Assembly: GCA_033764315.1 (NCBI GenBank)
Contig: JANRJA010000065.1
Coordinates: 1-64,000, forward strand
Length of the DNA stretch: 64,000 nucleotides
Origin: Oculatellaceae cyanobacterium bins.114
Lineage (GTDB): Bacteria > Cyanobacteriota > Cyanobacteriia > Elainellales > Elainellaceae
Reading direction: 5' to 3'
A model generated the notes under the pieces. That model made no database searches. It was given only the letters and a program-made list of their open reading frames with translations, and was not told where the DNA came from. The position numbers and the translations under genes were made by a program. This document shows positions 20,573-31,649 of this stretch, piece by piece; the first letter of the stretch is position 1; each line of letters opens with the position of its first letter.

Positions 20573-21769
20573 TTAAGATTGACAGAGTGCAGCGGAATGC
20601 TTTTGGATGCAGGATGCTTGCTCTTGCGGAGTCAGATCACTCCAGTTAATATCACGCCGAAACACAACCCCGTTGTGCCCCACAATCAAGCGAGGCAATT
20701 CATTTTGCTCTAACACTTGCATTGTCTCAATATCGTAGGTGGTGTAGACGGTTGAGACTGACTCTAAATTGATGTCTACCACCGTCAGGGTTTTGATGCG
20801 GGGCAGCTCACCCGCCAGCAACAATCGAGGTCCATCGCCCATCGCCCCAGCATGTAGCATTTCCAACCTGCCTCGATGGGCTGGATAGTAAGCATGGTGA
20901 TGGCCGCTGATGTAGGTATGAACGTTGTATCGCTCTAGTAGCGATCGCAATTCATCGGCATCATCTAGCACTTCGCCCACCTTGTCGCGCTCTTGTGCTA
21001 CGGCATAGAGCGGCAGATGCCCAATCACAATGCGCAGTTTGGCCGCTTGCGCTGTGTCACTGGCTAAGCTTTTTTCGACCCAGGCAAGGTTTTCGGCAGG
21101 CATTGGCAATCCACTGGTCGCATCCCAGACCAAAAAGAACACCTCTCCCTTCTGAAAGGTGTAGTAGAAGGGAAATTGGTAGCGATCGACAAATTCGACA
21201 GCGGGAGTGTGAGCTGGGTCATTCCAATAGGCGGCTGCCAGGTCTCGCTCTTGACGATAGATCAAACCATTTACCCCGGCGGCACGAGAGGCATCATGAT
21301 TGCCTAATGTAAACCCCAATGGCAGATTTGCCTGACGCAGAGGAGCCGCAATCGATCGGTCAAAGCCTGCCCACATTTCTTGAATCTTGGCACGGGTGAG
21401 GGTGCGATCTTGACCTGCCACCATGTCTCCACTGGCAATCACCAGATCGGGCTGCCACGAGGGAATCAGGGCGATCGCCCGATTCACTTCTTCGCTATAC
21501 GTTGTCGCTCCATAAGGGCCATTGATGTCGCTGATCACCACTAACCGCACATCCCCTCGTGGTGGATTGGGAATACCCTGGGCTAACAACTGATCGTTTG
21601 CGACAGGTGAGGGAGAGGCGATCGCTGAGGGTGATGTTGTTGGAATCGAAGTTGCCGCTACTGACGTCGGAGCGGGTTCAGAAGTCGCAAGTTGTCGCAC
21701 ACAAGCGGCTAGACCAAAACCAGTCGTGGCTCCTGCTAGCATCAAAAATTGACGACGTTTCAAACTCAT
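20573..21769 (-). CDS. Calcineurin-like metallophosphoesterase, Tat lipoprotein
   Basis: KRRQFL twin-arginine, LAAC lipobox, SDIN, GDMV, GNHD, GHHH. Confidence 0.88.
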   Translation of the reverse strand: MSLKRRQFLMLAGATTGFGLAACVRQLATSEPAPTSVAATSIPTTSPSAIASPSPVANDQLLAQGIPNPPRGDVRLVVISDINGPYGATTYSEEVNRAIALIPSWQPDLVIASGDMVAGQDRTLTRAKIQEMWAGFDRSIAAPLRQANLPLGFTLGNHDASRAAGVNGLIYRQERDLAAAYWNDPAHTPAVEFVDRYQFPFYYTFQKGEVFFLVWDATSGLPMPAENLAWVEKSLASDTAQAAKLRIVIGHLPLYAVAQERDKVGEVLDDADELRSLLERYNVHTYISGHHHAYYPAHRGRLEMLHAGAMGDGPRLLLAGELPRIKTLTVVDINLESVSTVYTTYDIETMQVLEQNELPRLIVGHNGVVFRRDINWSDLTPQEQASCIQKHSAALCQS

Positions 21770-21934
21770 GGGTAGTTCGCGCAACGAGGAATCATGTCAA
21801 CCACCAGAATAGACTAATCACCCGGTTGGATCGTTAACTATGGATGATCAATTGGTAATTGTCTAACCCCAATTTGAATTGGCTTTGCTGCACATGACTC
21901 TATCGAGTATGCCTGGATTCGGTTTACTATCACT

Positions 21935-22036
21935 TTTTCCCTCTTCTTTTTTCCCTCTTCTCTTATCCTTTATCCTTCATCGTTTTATCCTTCCCTCTTC
22001 CCTCTTCCCTCTTCTCTCTTCCCTCTTCTCTCTTCT
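21935..22036. repeat. Pyrimidine-rich heptamer STRR tract
   Basis: (TCCCTCT/TCCTTTA)-like units; creates the spurious N-terminal extension of ORF 21879. Confidence 0.7.
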
Positions 22037-22073
22037 GCTATGCTTGAGCCTTGAAAACCTCCTCATACCCAGT

Positions 22074-23435
22074 ATGTTCATACGCTACAGGCTAAGATGG
22101 GCAAGTCGTTTCGGCGTTGCCTTGCTGATTGGAATGTTAACGTTTAGTCTGGTTTTGACAACGGCTCCCACCCGCGCTCAAGGCGCGATCGCCCAAGCAA
22201 CGGCAGCGGCTCGGCAGCAACAACGAGATCAGCAGGTGCGGCAGGTGCGGGCTGAAAACTATGATGTCAACCGCTATCCGGTGACGGACGCTAATGAGCG
22301 ACACTGGCGTAATATCTTGTGGACAACAGCCGTGGTGGAGCCGCAGGAGCCTTATGTGGCAGAGGCGATCGCCCGCATCTTATCTCTGGCTGCTCAAACG
22401 GGTCTGTCTCGTCCTCAACAACATACGGTTGAGATGGCACTACAAATCGGCACTCAACTCTATTTCAGTAACCCTACTGGGTATGCGGCAATTGGGCAAC
22501 AGTTGCGGCAAGTGGTTGAACGCAGTCCTAATGCAGAGTGGGCAGCGATGTCACTGTCAGCCCTAGCCAAAACGGGGCTTGATCCCCAGCAACGCCAATC
22601 TCTAAGCGATCGCTTACGACAGCGGTTTCCCCAATGGACTCAGGATGTCTATCTCTATACGACCCTGCGCGATTTGGCTCTGTTGGATCAAGCACCTGCA
22701 ACCCCTCCGTTGAGCGATCTGTTGCAGTGGGCGATCGCCCCCAATCAAGTCCATCTCTATGTGGTCTGCCGACCCGATCGCGGTGTATTGTGTCAGACCG
22801 TGGTCAAAGACGGCAATGGTGAATTTTTGCGGCAAAATGGTCAACTGTGGTCAATGCCGCTGTTGTTGCGATCGCTGCATGAGTTGTCCTGGAACTTTAC
22901 ACGTGGGCAAACCCCTCAGGGCATTTACCGGATTGAGGGAGTCCGGACTGCTGACCTGACAACCTTTAGAGCCTATGGTGCCTATGATCTGGTGAAACTT
23001 TTTGCACCCTATGAAGAGGGTGTGCGGGAGTTTATTCCCGGTCGCCCTGGTCAACTACCTGCGACGTTAACCGCCTATCAAGCTCTTTTGCCCCCTTCGT
23101 GGCGCAGTTACTATCCTATTCAACAAAGCTATTGGGCAGGCAAAGCGGGACGAGGTTTATTTCGGATTCATGGCAGTGGTGAAGATCCGGGGTTCTTTAC
23201 CAATAACAACCGCTATCCCAACAGTCTGGGCTGGAATCCGGCGATCGGGTGCCTCTCTGCTTTAGAGCTTTACGACGACACAGGCTACTTGCAACAAGCC
23301 CATATGCCATCTCTTTTAAGCGTCTTAACCCGTTTAGGAGGGCGATCGTTTACGGGATATCTCACCGTTGTCGAAGTGCCGGGATCAAATACACCGATTT
23401 CGATGGCAGAACTGGAAGCGGCGATCGCGCGATGA
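22074..23435 (+). CDS. Secreted hypothetical protein with possible L,D-transpeptidase-like C-terminal domain
   Basis: Signal peptide; GQTPQGIYRI, FRIHGSG and AIGCL resemble YkuD His/Cys motifs. Confidence 0.6.
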   Translation: MFIRYRLRWASRFGVALLIGMLTFSLVLTTAPTRAQGAIAQATAAARQQQRDQQVRQVRAENYDVNRYPVTDANERHWRNILWTTAVVEPQEPYVAEAIARILSLAAQTGLSRPQQHTVEMALQIGTQLYFSNPTGYAAIGQQLRQVVERSPNAEWAAMSLSALAKTGLDPQQRQSLSDRLRQRFPQWTQDVYLYTTLRDLALLDQAPATPPLSDLLQWAIAPNQVHLYVVCRPDRGVLCQTVVKDGNGEFLRQNGQLWSMPLLLRSLHELSWNFTRGQTPQGIYRIEGVRTADLTTFRAYGAYDLVKLFAPYEEGVREFIPGRPGQLPATLTAYQALLPPSWRSYYPIQQSYWAGKAGRGLFRIHGSGEDPGFFTNNNRYPNSLGWNPAIGCLSALELYDDTGYLQQAHMPSLLSVLTRLGGRSFTGYLTVVEVPGSNTPISMAELEAAIAR

Positions 23436-23439
23436 GGAA

Positions 23440-23485
23440 TTTAGGTTTGGAGTTTGGATTTTAGATTTTGGATTTTGGATTTTGA
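23440..23485. repeat. Heptamer STRR tract (TTTTGGA)n
   Basis: Directly visible tandem heptamers. Confidence 0.8.
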
Positions 23486-23672
23486 GTAAAACTGTGGGGA
23501 AGGACTCATACCAAATTAAACAGTAATCGTTGCACATGACCTCACCGCCTGGGGCACCTGCCCTTGCCAAGGCGAGTTCATTCCTGCCGCAGGGATGTTT
23601 CGCGAAACGCCCTTACAAAATTCCTAGCCTCATCTCCTCACTTTTTGCCTTTTGTTGAGGCTTGGTGCTACC

Positions 23673-25154
23673 TTACGATTGCGAATCTGATGGGTTAGAG
23701 GGTTTTGGGGGAGTCTCGTTTTCTTCCATAGCGCGCCGTTCTCGAATGGTTTTTGCCCGCACCATCAAATCTTGAAAATATCCCGACTCAGTAATCTCAG
23801 ACACTTGCTTGGCGCGTTTTTCTTGGTCGATCTCAATTTTGGGTTTGAGGACGACTTTAACCTGGTCGCGCACCTGTTCATAAATGGCCTGAGTATAGCC
23901 GCCTTTGGTGGCTCGATCGACTAACACAACTCCCACAGCACTCCCCACAAGGGCGATCGCCGGAGGCACCAGCGGCACCCATCCACTTTTGAGGAAGATG
24001 AAATAACAGGCTCCGTACAGCACGCCCAGAGCAACTCCCTCTGAAACGATAAAGACGAGCGTTTTGCGCACTGACCAGGCTACGACACCACCCACAACTG
24101 CCCAGCCCACAATCCACAGCATCTCAATGCCTTCTGGCCAATACCACAGCAGAGGCCGCTGATCAAGCACTGCCCGCAAAATTTGACTGGTTGCGTGGGC
24201 ATGAATGACGACTCCTGGGATCTCTTCACCCAACGGGGTTAGAAATACATCATTGGCGATTTGGGAGGTATAGCCAATCAACACAACGCGATCGCGCACC
24301 CAATTGGGGTCAATCCGATTCTCTAAAACATCGGTCAACGTGACCTGTCGGATGCTATCCAGGGAGCCGTAATTTAATAAAACCTGATAATCGGGTGTAT
24401 CTGCATTGCGATATCCCCCGGCATTGGGTTGCAAACGATTAAAGACCACCGAGCCAATCTGAATGTCTCCATTCGGGGCTTCTGTGGCCGCAATTCCCTC
24501 TCGCTCTAGATACATCAGAGATAAGAGCAAGCTTAATGACGGAGGTTGAAGATCGGCGTTAACGTCACTACAAAGGCTGGGGTTGACGATAGGGTAATCA
24601 GAAATTCCGGGGCTTGACACCAAGGCAATGCGACGGATCACCCCCAGATTGTCTTTTGGAAAATCTGCAAACCCCACCCGATCGTCGGGGACTCCTGGAG
24701 GAGGGGCTATACCGGGGTCGTCTTTAGAACTCAAGACACAGGTGGCGGCAATGAGATCACTCTCTTCTAAAATTTGCAGCAGTGCATCTCGATTGTTGCC
24801 CTGGGGCACATCTCTGGCGATGTCAATTCCAATGGCACGGGGTTGGTTTTCGAGAAGTCGATCGAGCAATTGTGCTAGAGTGCCGTCTTGAATGGGGAAT
24901 TCGTTACGGGTTTGGATATCGGTTTCACTAATACCAACGACTAACAACCGATGATCAAAGTCTTTGCTCTGGCGCGATCGCACCAACTGATCATAAGCAT
25001 TCAGCTCTGCTCCTTCGAGTCCCCCCAGTTGCCGCAAGAGCAACACGCATCCTGCGACCCCCAGACTGGTTAGCAAAACAGTGCCCCCCAAAGACTTTAG
25101 GAGCGATCGCCAACGTTTAGGGTTAGTAAACCAAGACCGAAAATGTTGCACCAT
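23673..25154 (-). CDS. CHASE2 domain membrane sensor without enzymatic output domain
   Basis: ELNAYD, PRAIGIDI, VLIGYT, PGVVIHAHATSQIL, three TMs, short cytoplasmic tail. Confidence 0.88.
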   Translation of the reverse strand: MVQHFRSWFTNPKRWRSLLKSLGGTVLLTSLGVAGCVLLLRQLGGLEGAELNAYDQLVRSRQSKDFDHRLLVVGISETDIQTRNEFPIQDGTLAQLLDRLLENQPRAIGIDIARDVPQGNNRDALLQILEESDLIAATCVLSSKDDPGIAPPPGVPDDRVGFADFPKDNLGVIRRIALVSSPGISDYPIVNPSLCSDVNADLQPPSLSLLLSLMYLEREGIAATEAPNGDIQIGSVVFNRLQPNAGGYRNADTPDYQVLLNYGSLDSIRQVTLTDVLENRIDPNWVRDRVVLIGYTSQIANDVFLTPLGEEIPGVVIHAHATSQILRAVLDQRPLLWYWPEGIEMLWIVGWAVVGGVVAWSVRKTLVFIVSEGVALGVLYGACYFIFLKSGWVPLVPPAIALVGSAVGVVLVDRATKGGYTQAIYEQVRDQVKVVLKPKIEIDQEKRAKQVSEITESGYFQDLMVRAKTIRERRAMEENETPPKPSNPSDSQS

Positions 25155-25423
25155 CTTGCACTGCTAATACTGATTCTGCTTATGCTCCATCGTTCCACGA
25201 GAGTCGTCTAGAGCAAATTCCTAATTCTTAATTTTCTGCCACTCCTGATAGGAGCGTAGCAAGCATCACACATTTTGGCACAATTTTTTTTTGCAGCTAT
25301 CCTAAAGGCATCTCAAAATTATTTGATGTCAGTAGAATCCAATCTTAAGAATCCAATCTCACTTAGAAGCCAGTTCTCAGCAAATTTAGCGTCTTAATCG
25401 ATCTTAATTTAGAGGATAGTCTG

Positions 25424-27868
25424 ATGGTTGACCCGATAGCGACCGATGCATCTGCGATCGCACCAGAATCTCAGGGGGCGATCGCGCAGAGATACCCGCA
25501 AGGGGGCGCGCTTGATCAGTTTATCCTTCAGCCCGTTATTTTAGCAGGAGATCCCAACGGCAATCCTCCTGACTCTCCCGATCAGCGAATTGACCCCAAT
25601 ACGCGCACTTCTCCCTATGCCGGAGTCGGCAGCGTTGGCGTTTCGCTTCCGGGCACGGGTGACTTTTTAGGCTCAGGCACGGCCATTAGTCGTCGCCACA
25701 TTCTCACGGCGGCTCATCTGCTCGATATTGTCAACGAAGATGGGGTCATTGATCCCTCTCCTGAAAATGTCATCTTTAACCTCAACTTTGGACGCATTCT
25801 CTCCGATCGCATCCCCGCTGAGTCGTTACAAATCTTTCCAGGCTATCAAGGATTTGACAATACCGTTAGTAATGATCTGGCTATTATTACCCTCAGTCGT
25901 GATCTGCCAGAAGGGGTGCCGATTTACGACCTCTATCGCCAACCTCTGACAACTGGCACCACCCTGACCCTCGTAGGATATGGCACGTCAGGAGATGGCA
26001 TGAATGGACAAACCCCTGGCACAGCGAGCTTTGACCAAAAACGAGTCGGGCAAAACCAGGTCGATCTCACCCTGGAAGGGGCTTTTGTCTATGACTTTGA
26101 TGGCTCAGATGCATCTAGCAATCTGTTTGCTGGGGTTGGCTCAGGGCTGACGTTGGGCAACACCATCGAATCCTCAGTCGGGCCAGGTGACTCTGGCGGG
26201 CCCAGTTTTATCCAAAACGGCAATACCCTCTTGTTGGCGGGGGTGAATACTTTTGCGTTTGCCCTGCCTGAAGGTTTTGGTTTACCTGGCACGATTCAAG
26301 GGGTGTTTGGCACTGGAGGGGGTGGCGTCATTGTCTCAGACTCTGACAAGCTAGCCTGGATCGATGGCATCTTGGCGACCTTGCCGAGTACAACCGGGAC
26401 GGTGTCGGGTACGGTCTGGGAGGATGTGAATGGGGATGGCGATCGCGACACTGACGAAACTGGACTCTCCGGTTGGACGATCTATCTCGATCTAAACCAG
26501 GATGGGCAGTTGACCGCCAACGAACCCACCAGCATCAGCACTGCCCAAGGAACTTATCAATTTACGGGGTTAGCGGCAGGCAGTTATACGGTCGCTGCCC
26601 TGACCCAATCTGGGTGGGAGCAAACCTTTCCGGTCGGTCGCACCGTTGAATTGCTCAACGCCGACTTTAGTGACAGCAGTGGCAATGCCAGTTTGGATGG
26701 ATTTACCATCGACAATACTGGAGCCTCTGCTGCTGGGCTATGGCATCTCTCGACGGGACGCGGCAACCAAACCGGACACTCCGCCGATGACAGCCTCTAT
26801 TTTGGTACGGGTGAAGGAGTGGATGGTGGTGGCAATTACAATGTGGGTCACACGGCTGGTCGAGTCACCTCTGGGGCGATCGCTCTTCCCGCAGGCTCTA
26901 ACGTGGAACTGGCCTTTAACTATTTTTTGAATGTCGAGATTCCAACCACGACGGATCAGGTGCGCGTCCAGATTTCTCAAAACGGGGGAGCCTTTCAGTC
27001 AATTGGCACTAAGGGCACGACCTTATTGTCGGTGATCAACCCCACCTGGCGCAGTGCCACGCTGGACTTAACCCCTTATGCAGGGAGTACGGTGCAACTC
27101 CGGTTTGAGCTGGATACGCTCGATGCCTCCTTCAATCGCTTTGAGGGATGGTATATCGACGATGTGGCAGTTCGGGCAACCAGCACCAACACGCATCGGG
27201 TGCAACTGGTGAATGGAGCAACCCTGGGCGATCTCAACTTTGGTTATCGTCAAATCAGTGCCCCTACTCCCACGCCAACTCCAGCTCCAACTCCGACTCC
27301 GGCTCCGACTCCAGCCCCCACTCCGGTTCCTGCCCCGGCCCCCACCCCAAACCTGATTCCGGGCACCGACAGTAACGATACCCTGTTGGGGACAGATGCG
27401 GCTGACGTCGTTAATGGCGGCACTGGACGCGATCGCCTCTCAGGAGCCGGGGGCAATGACGAACTCAACGGTGAAGCGGGTAACGACACCCTGTTTGGCG
27501 GAGACGGAGTAGACATCCTCAATGGTGGCAGTGGCAACGATGTGTTAGTCGGCAACAGTGGCAGAGACGTCCTCACAGGTGGCGCAGGGCGCGATCGCTT
27601 TGTGTACCTTGCTGCCTCAGATCGAGTCGATCGGATCACCGATTTTGAGGGCGATCGCGATGTACTTGACTTAAGAGTCCTATTTGCTCAACCTGGTTTT
27701 AACAGTGTCACCCCTATTGCAGACTACATCCGTCTCACCCAAATTGGGGTGCACACGGTTGTTAGTGTTGACTTTAACGGCGACATCGGCGGCAATCGAT
27801 TTAACCGATTGGCCATCCTTGAAAATGTTGTTGCCACCACCGTGGGTAATAACAGCTTTTGGGTCTAG
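25424..27868 (+). CDS. Secreted trypsin-like serine protease with SdrD-B-like domain, beta-sandwich, PT linker and RTX repeats
   Basis: Triad motifs ILTAAH / NDLAII / GDSGGP; SGTVWEDVNGDG; GWYIDDV; (PT/PA)n; GGxGxD nonapeptides. Confidence 0.88.
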   Translation: MVDPIATDASAIAPESQGAIAQRYPQGGALDQFILQPVILAGDPNGNPPDSPDQRIDPNTRTSPYAGVGSVGVSLPGTGDFLGSGTAISRRHILTAAHLLDIVNEDGVIDPSPENVIFNLNFGRILSDRIPAESLQIFPGYQGFDNTVSNDLAIITLSRDLPEGVPIYDLYRQPLTTGTTLTLVGYGTSGDGMNGQTPGTASFDQKRVGQNQVDLTLEGAFVYDFDGSDASSNLFAGVGSGLTLGNTIESSVGPGDSGGPSFIQNGNTLLLAGVNTFAFALPEGFGLPGTIQGVFGTGGGGVIVSDSDKLAWIDGILATLPSTTGTVSGTVWEDVNGDGDRDTDETGLSGWTIYLDLNQDGQLTANEPTSISTAQGTYQFTGLAAGSYTVAALTQSGWEQTFPVGRTVELLNADFSDSSGNASLDGFTIDNTGASAAGLWHLSTGRGNQTGHSADDSLYFGTGEGVDGGGNYNVGHTAGRVTSGAIALPAGSNVELAFNYFLNVEIPTTTDQVRVQISQNGGAFQSIGTKGTTLLSVINPTWRSATLDLTPYAGSTVQLRFELDTLDASFNRFEGWYIDDVAVRATSTNTHRVQLVNGATLGDLNFGYRQISAPTPTPTPAPTPTPAPTPAPTPVPAPAPTPNLIPGTDSNDTLLGTDAADVVNGGTGRDRLSGAGGNDELNGEAGNDTLFGGDGVDILNGGSGNDVLVGNSGRDVLTGGAGRDRFVYLAASDRVDRITDFEGDRDVLDLRVLFAQPGFNSVTPIADYIRLTQIGVHTVVSVDFNGDIGGNRFNRLAILENVVATTVGNNSFWV

Positions 27869-27974
27869 AGGGAGGAGGGGGTTGGGGACAGGGGGTTCAG
27901 CTAGGGTGACGATCGCCAATTGTTGATCGACCTTGGATCTTGACGATTGACCAGCGACCAGCGATCCCAAAAAA

Positions 27975-28130
27975 TAGGGGCACCCGTACTGGGAACAGAT
28001 GCGAAGCGCGCCTTCCTTCTGTTCCTACACACTATGCGGAGGGAGTCTGAGGGACGTGCTTCGTCTCTCAGCGAGGGGGGGTGGGGGAAGCTTCCCCCAA
28101 GGCTCGGTTTCCCAGGCACTCCAAAATGAT
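27975..28130. repeat. Intergenic palindromic repeat related (inverted) to 9755-9890
   Basis: rc GGCGCGCTTCGCATCTGTTCCCAGTACGGGTG versus GACGCGCTTCGCATCGGTTCCAAGTCCGGGTG; GGGGAAGCTTCCCC hairpin. Confidence 0.6.
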
Positions 28131-29078
28131 TCACGCCAACTGAGACAGCCGTTCCACCAATAATCTGTGAAAGCCATCGGCATCTCCCGATAACACCACA
28201 TTGACATTGGGGTGGTGGTTGCTCCCCCCTAACCCATCTACCACCGTCCGCCCCAACGACAACTCACTAGCAATCTCCACATCTACCCGCATTTTGCGGC
28301 TAGTGAATAAATCTGGCTGAATCAAGTAGGCAATCACACAGGGATCATGCAATGGATTGCCTGCGAAACCGTGTTGCTCGACCTCAAAGGTGTAATCGCT
28401 CAGCAACGCAGCCGCAATTTGACCCACAGGAGTGGCGATCGCCCGAATTGCCGCTAACCGCTCTGGAGTCGTCAAAATTTGGTGGGTCACATCCAGCCCA
28501 ATCATCGTCAGGGGAATGCCACTGGTGAACACAACATGCGCCGCATGGGGATCAACAAAGATATTAAACTCAGCCGATGAGGTGACATTTCCTCGACCGA
28601 TCGCCCCTCCCATCAACACCACCTCAGGGATTTTGAGCGCAATACGAGGTTCCTTGATCAGAGCGATCGCCACATTAGTGAGGGGGCCTAGCGTCGCCAG
28701 GGTAATCGGTTCTGAGGCGGTCATTAGCGTCTCAATCAAAAAATCGACCCCATGTTGCGGCTGCAATGGCATTGTCGGTTCTGGTAAATGCACTGTTCCC
28801 AATCCGGTCTTGCCATGCACCTCTTCAGCCGTTGCCAGAGAACGCATGATCGGACGTGAACATCCGGCATATACGCCTAAGTCGTTGCATCCGGCTAATT
28901 CACAAATACGGCGAGCATTTTTTTGGGTGAGTGCTAAGGGCACATTACCCGCAACCGTTGTGATCCCTAATAGATGCAACTCTGGTGCAGCAAAGGCCAA
29001 CAACAGGGCGATCGCATCGTCTACCCCCGGATCACAATCAATCACGATCGGCTTTGCAGCCTGCATTCCATCTGTCAT
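28131..29078 (-). CDS. Inosine-uridine preferring nucleoside hydrolase
   Basis: IDCDPGVDDA, GPLTNVA, AEFNIFVDP, LHDP. Confidence 0.93.
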   Translation of the reverse strand: MTDGMQAAKPIVIDCDPGVDDAIALLLAFAAPELHLLGITTVAGNVPLALTQKNARRICELAGCNDLGVYAGCSRPIMRSLATAEEVHGKTGLGTVHLPEPTMPLQPQHGVDFLIETLMTASEPITLATLGPLTNVAIALIKEPRIALKIPEVVLMGGAIGRGNVTSSAEFNIFVDPHAAHVVFTSGIPLTMIGLDVTHQILTTPERLAAIRAIATPVGQIAAALLSDYTFEVEQHGFAGNPLHDPCVIAYLIQPDLFTSRKMRVDVEIASELSLGRTVVDGLGGSNHHPNVNVVLSGDADGFHRLLVERLSQLA

Positions 29079-29148
29079 TTGGAATCCCCTTATCGACTCA
29101 TGCCAATCTACGTTAGCGTAGGGATGGAAACTTGATGCTCAGTGTACT

Positions 29149-30513
29149 GTGTTGTTCTCCAAAAAAAGTGTTATTTTAGCGGGTCTAGTGTTCACATTGC
29201 TGCCGTTGGCATCGTGTGCCAATACACCGTTTGCAGAACGGTTTGAGCGATCGCTGGCGGCTGATCCGCGTTTAACCAATACTCCCAATGCTGGGCCATC
29301 CAGTCCTACTCCCACGGGCGACAATGTTCAGCTTCCGGCTGACTTTCCTAGTGATATTCCCCGTTATCCTGGAGCCGAATTATTAGCGGTTATTCCTGCT
29401 GACCTATCAACGACCGCTGCGTCGGGTCAAGCGACAGAGTCACGATGGCGAACCCCTGATAGAGCAGACCAGGTACAGCAGTTTTATCGGGATATTTTGC
29501 GGTCAAACGACTGGCGCATCTTGCAACCTACTGCCGATAACCCCACACCTGAGAGTGCCGATGAGAGTGCTGACATTGTCGCTGAACGCAGTGGCATCCG
29601 GCTCACATTAAGCGTTACGCCATCATCTACTCCAGTTCCGGCTCCTGGCAGTGGCACCGACTTTACCCTCAGCTATAGCCAAAGTGATCCTAATTTAGCT
29701 AGCTCTCCTACCCCCACCCCTACTTCAGGGGGAGTGATTGCTTCTAGCTCAGTGCCCCAACCCGGTGATCCTAACTTTGTTGGCCCGCTGCCTCAATCGG
29801 GGGCTACGCCACGACCGACTCAATCTGAACCTGCTACTCCTACGGCTGCCCCTCAAACCTTTAGTGACCTCAGCCAAGCCCCAGAGGAATTGCGCTCTTA
29901 TATTGAAGATCTTGCTAAGCTCGGTGTCCTTAGCACAAACAGCTCTAGTCGAGAGTTTAAACCCAACGCGATCGCCACTCGTCGCGACTATGCTCGTTGG
30001 TTAGTGGCGGCAAACAACGCGATCTATCGCGATCGCCCTGCCCAAAAAATTCGCTTGGGGGTCAACACCGATGAACCCGTGTTTCGCGATGTGCCTCGCA
30101 ATGACCCTGACTTTGCGGCTATTCAAGGCTTAGCCCAGGCAGGCTTAATTCCCAGTCCATTGTCGGGCGATGCCACCACCCTCACCTTTCGCCCTGATGC
30201 GCCGCTTACCCGCGAAAACTTGATCCTCTGGAAAGCTCCAGTCGATGTCCGGCAAACCCTCCCTAACGCAACCGTACAGGCGATTCAGGAAACCTGGGGG
30301 TTTCAAGATGCTAACCGCATTGACTCTAGGTCGCTTCGAGCTGTTTTAGCTGATTTTCAAAATGGGGATCTCTCCAATATTCGCCGTGCCTTTGGCTATA
30401 CCACCTTGTTTCAACCCAAAAAAAACGTGACTCGCGCCGAGGCGGCAGCGGTGCTCTGGTATTTTGGCACTCAAGGCGATGGTCTGTCGGCTAAAGATGC
30501 CCTGGCTGAGTAG
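29149..30513 (+). CDS. S-layer homology (SLH) domain lipoprotein
   Basis: LASC lipobox; FKPNAIATRRDYA, FRPDAPLTRE and FQPKKNVTRAEAAA SLH motifs. Confidence 0.88.
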   Translation: MLFSKKSVILAGLVFTLLPLASCANTPFAERFERSLAADPRLTNTPNAGPSSPTPTGDNVQLPADFPSDIPRYPGAELLAVIPADLSTTAASGQATESRWRTPDRADQVQQFYRDILRSNDWRILQPTADNPTPESADESADIVAERSGIRLTLSVTPSSTPVPAPGSGTDFTLSYSQSDPNLASSPTPTPTSGGVIASSSVPQPGDPNFVGPLPQSGATPRPTQSEPATPTAAPQTFSDLSQAPEELRSYIEDLAKLGVLSTNSSSREFKPNAIATRRDYARWLVAANNAIYRDRPAQKIRLGVNTDEPVFRDVPRNDPDFAAIQGLAQAGLIPSPLSGDATTLTFRPDAPLTRENLILWKAPVDVRQTLPNATVQAIQETWGFQDANRIDSRSLRAVLADFQNGDLSNIRRAFGYTTLFQPKKNVTRAEAAAVLWYFGTQGDGLSAKDALAE

Positions 30514-30610
30514 ACTATTTGCTTTTTGTCTCGTCAAGGATCTCCTGAATAAGACCAAAATAAAGTCCTTAATTGGGCTAGGATATTCAACTTGAGTCTT
30601 AATTCAATGA

Positions 30611-31621
<1,011 letters not shown>

Positions 31622-31649
31622 GTATTCCAGATCAAAAATCTAATTCCTA

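Noticed and set aside
21879..22073. Hydrophobic N-terminal extension of ORF 21879
   Set aside because: Derived from a pyrimidine heptamer tract; ATG 22074 gives a normal signal peptide.
28432..29121. 229-aa antisense ORF (also 41610..42362, 61115..61672, 2574..3014)
   Set aside because: Shadow frames opposite well-supported genes, with no recognisable motifs.
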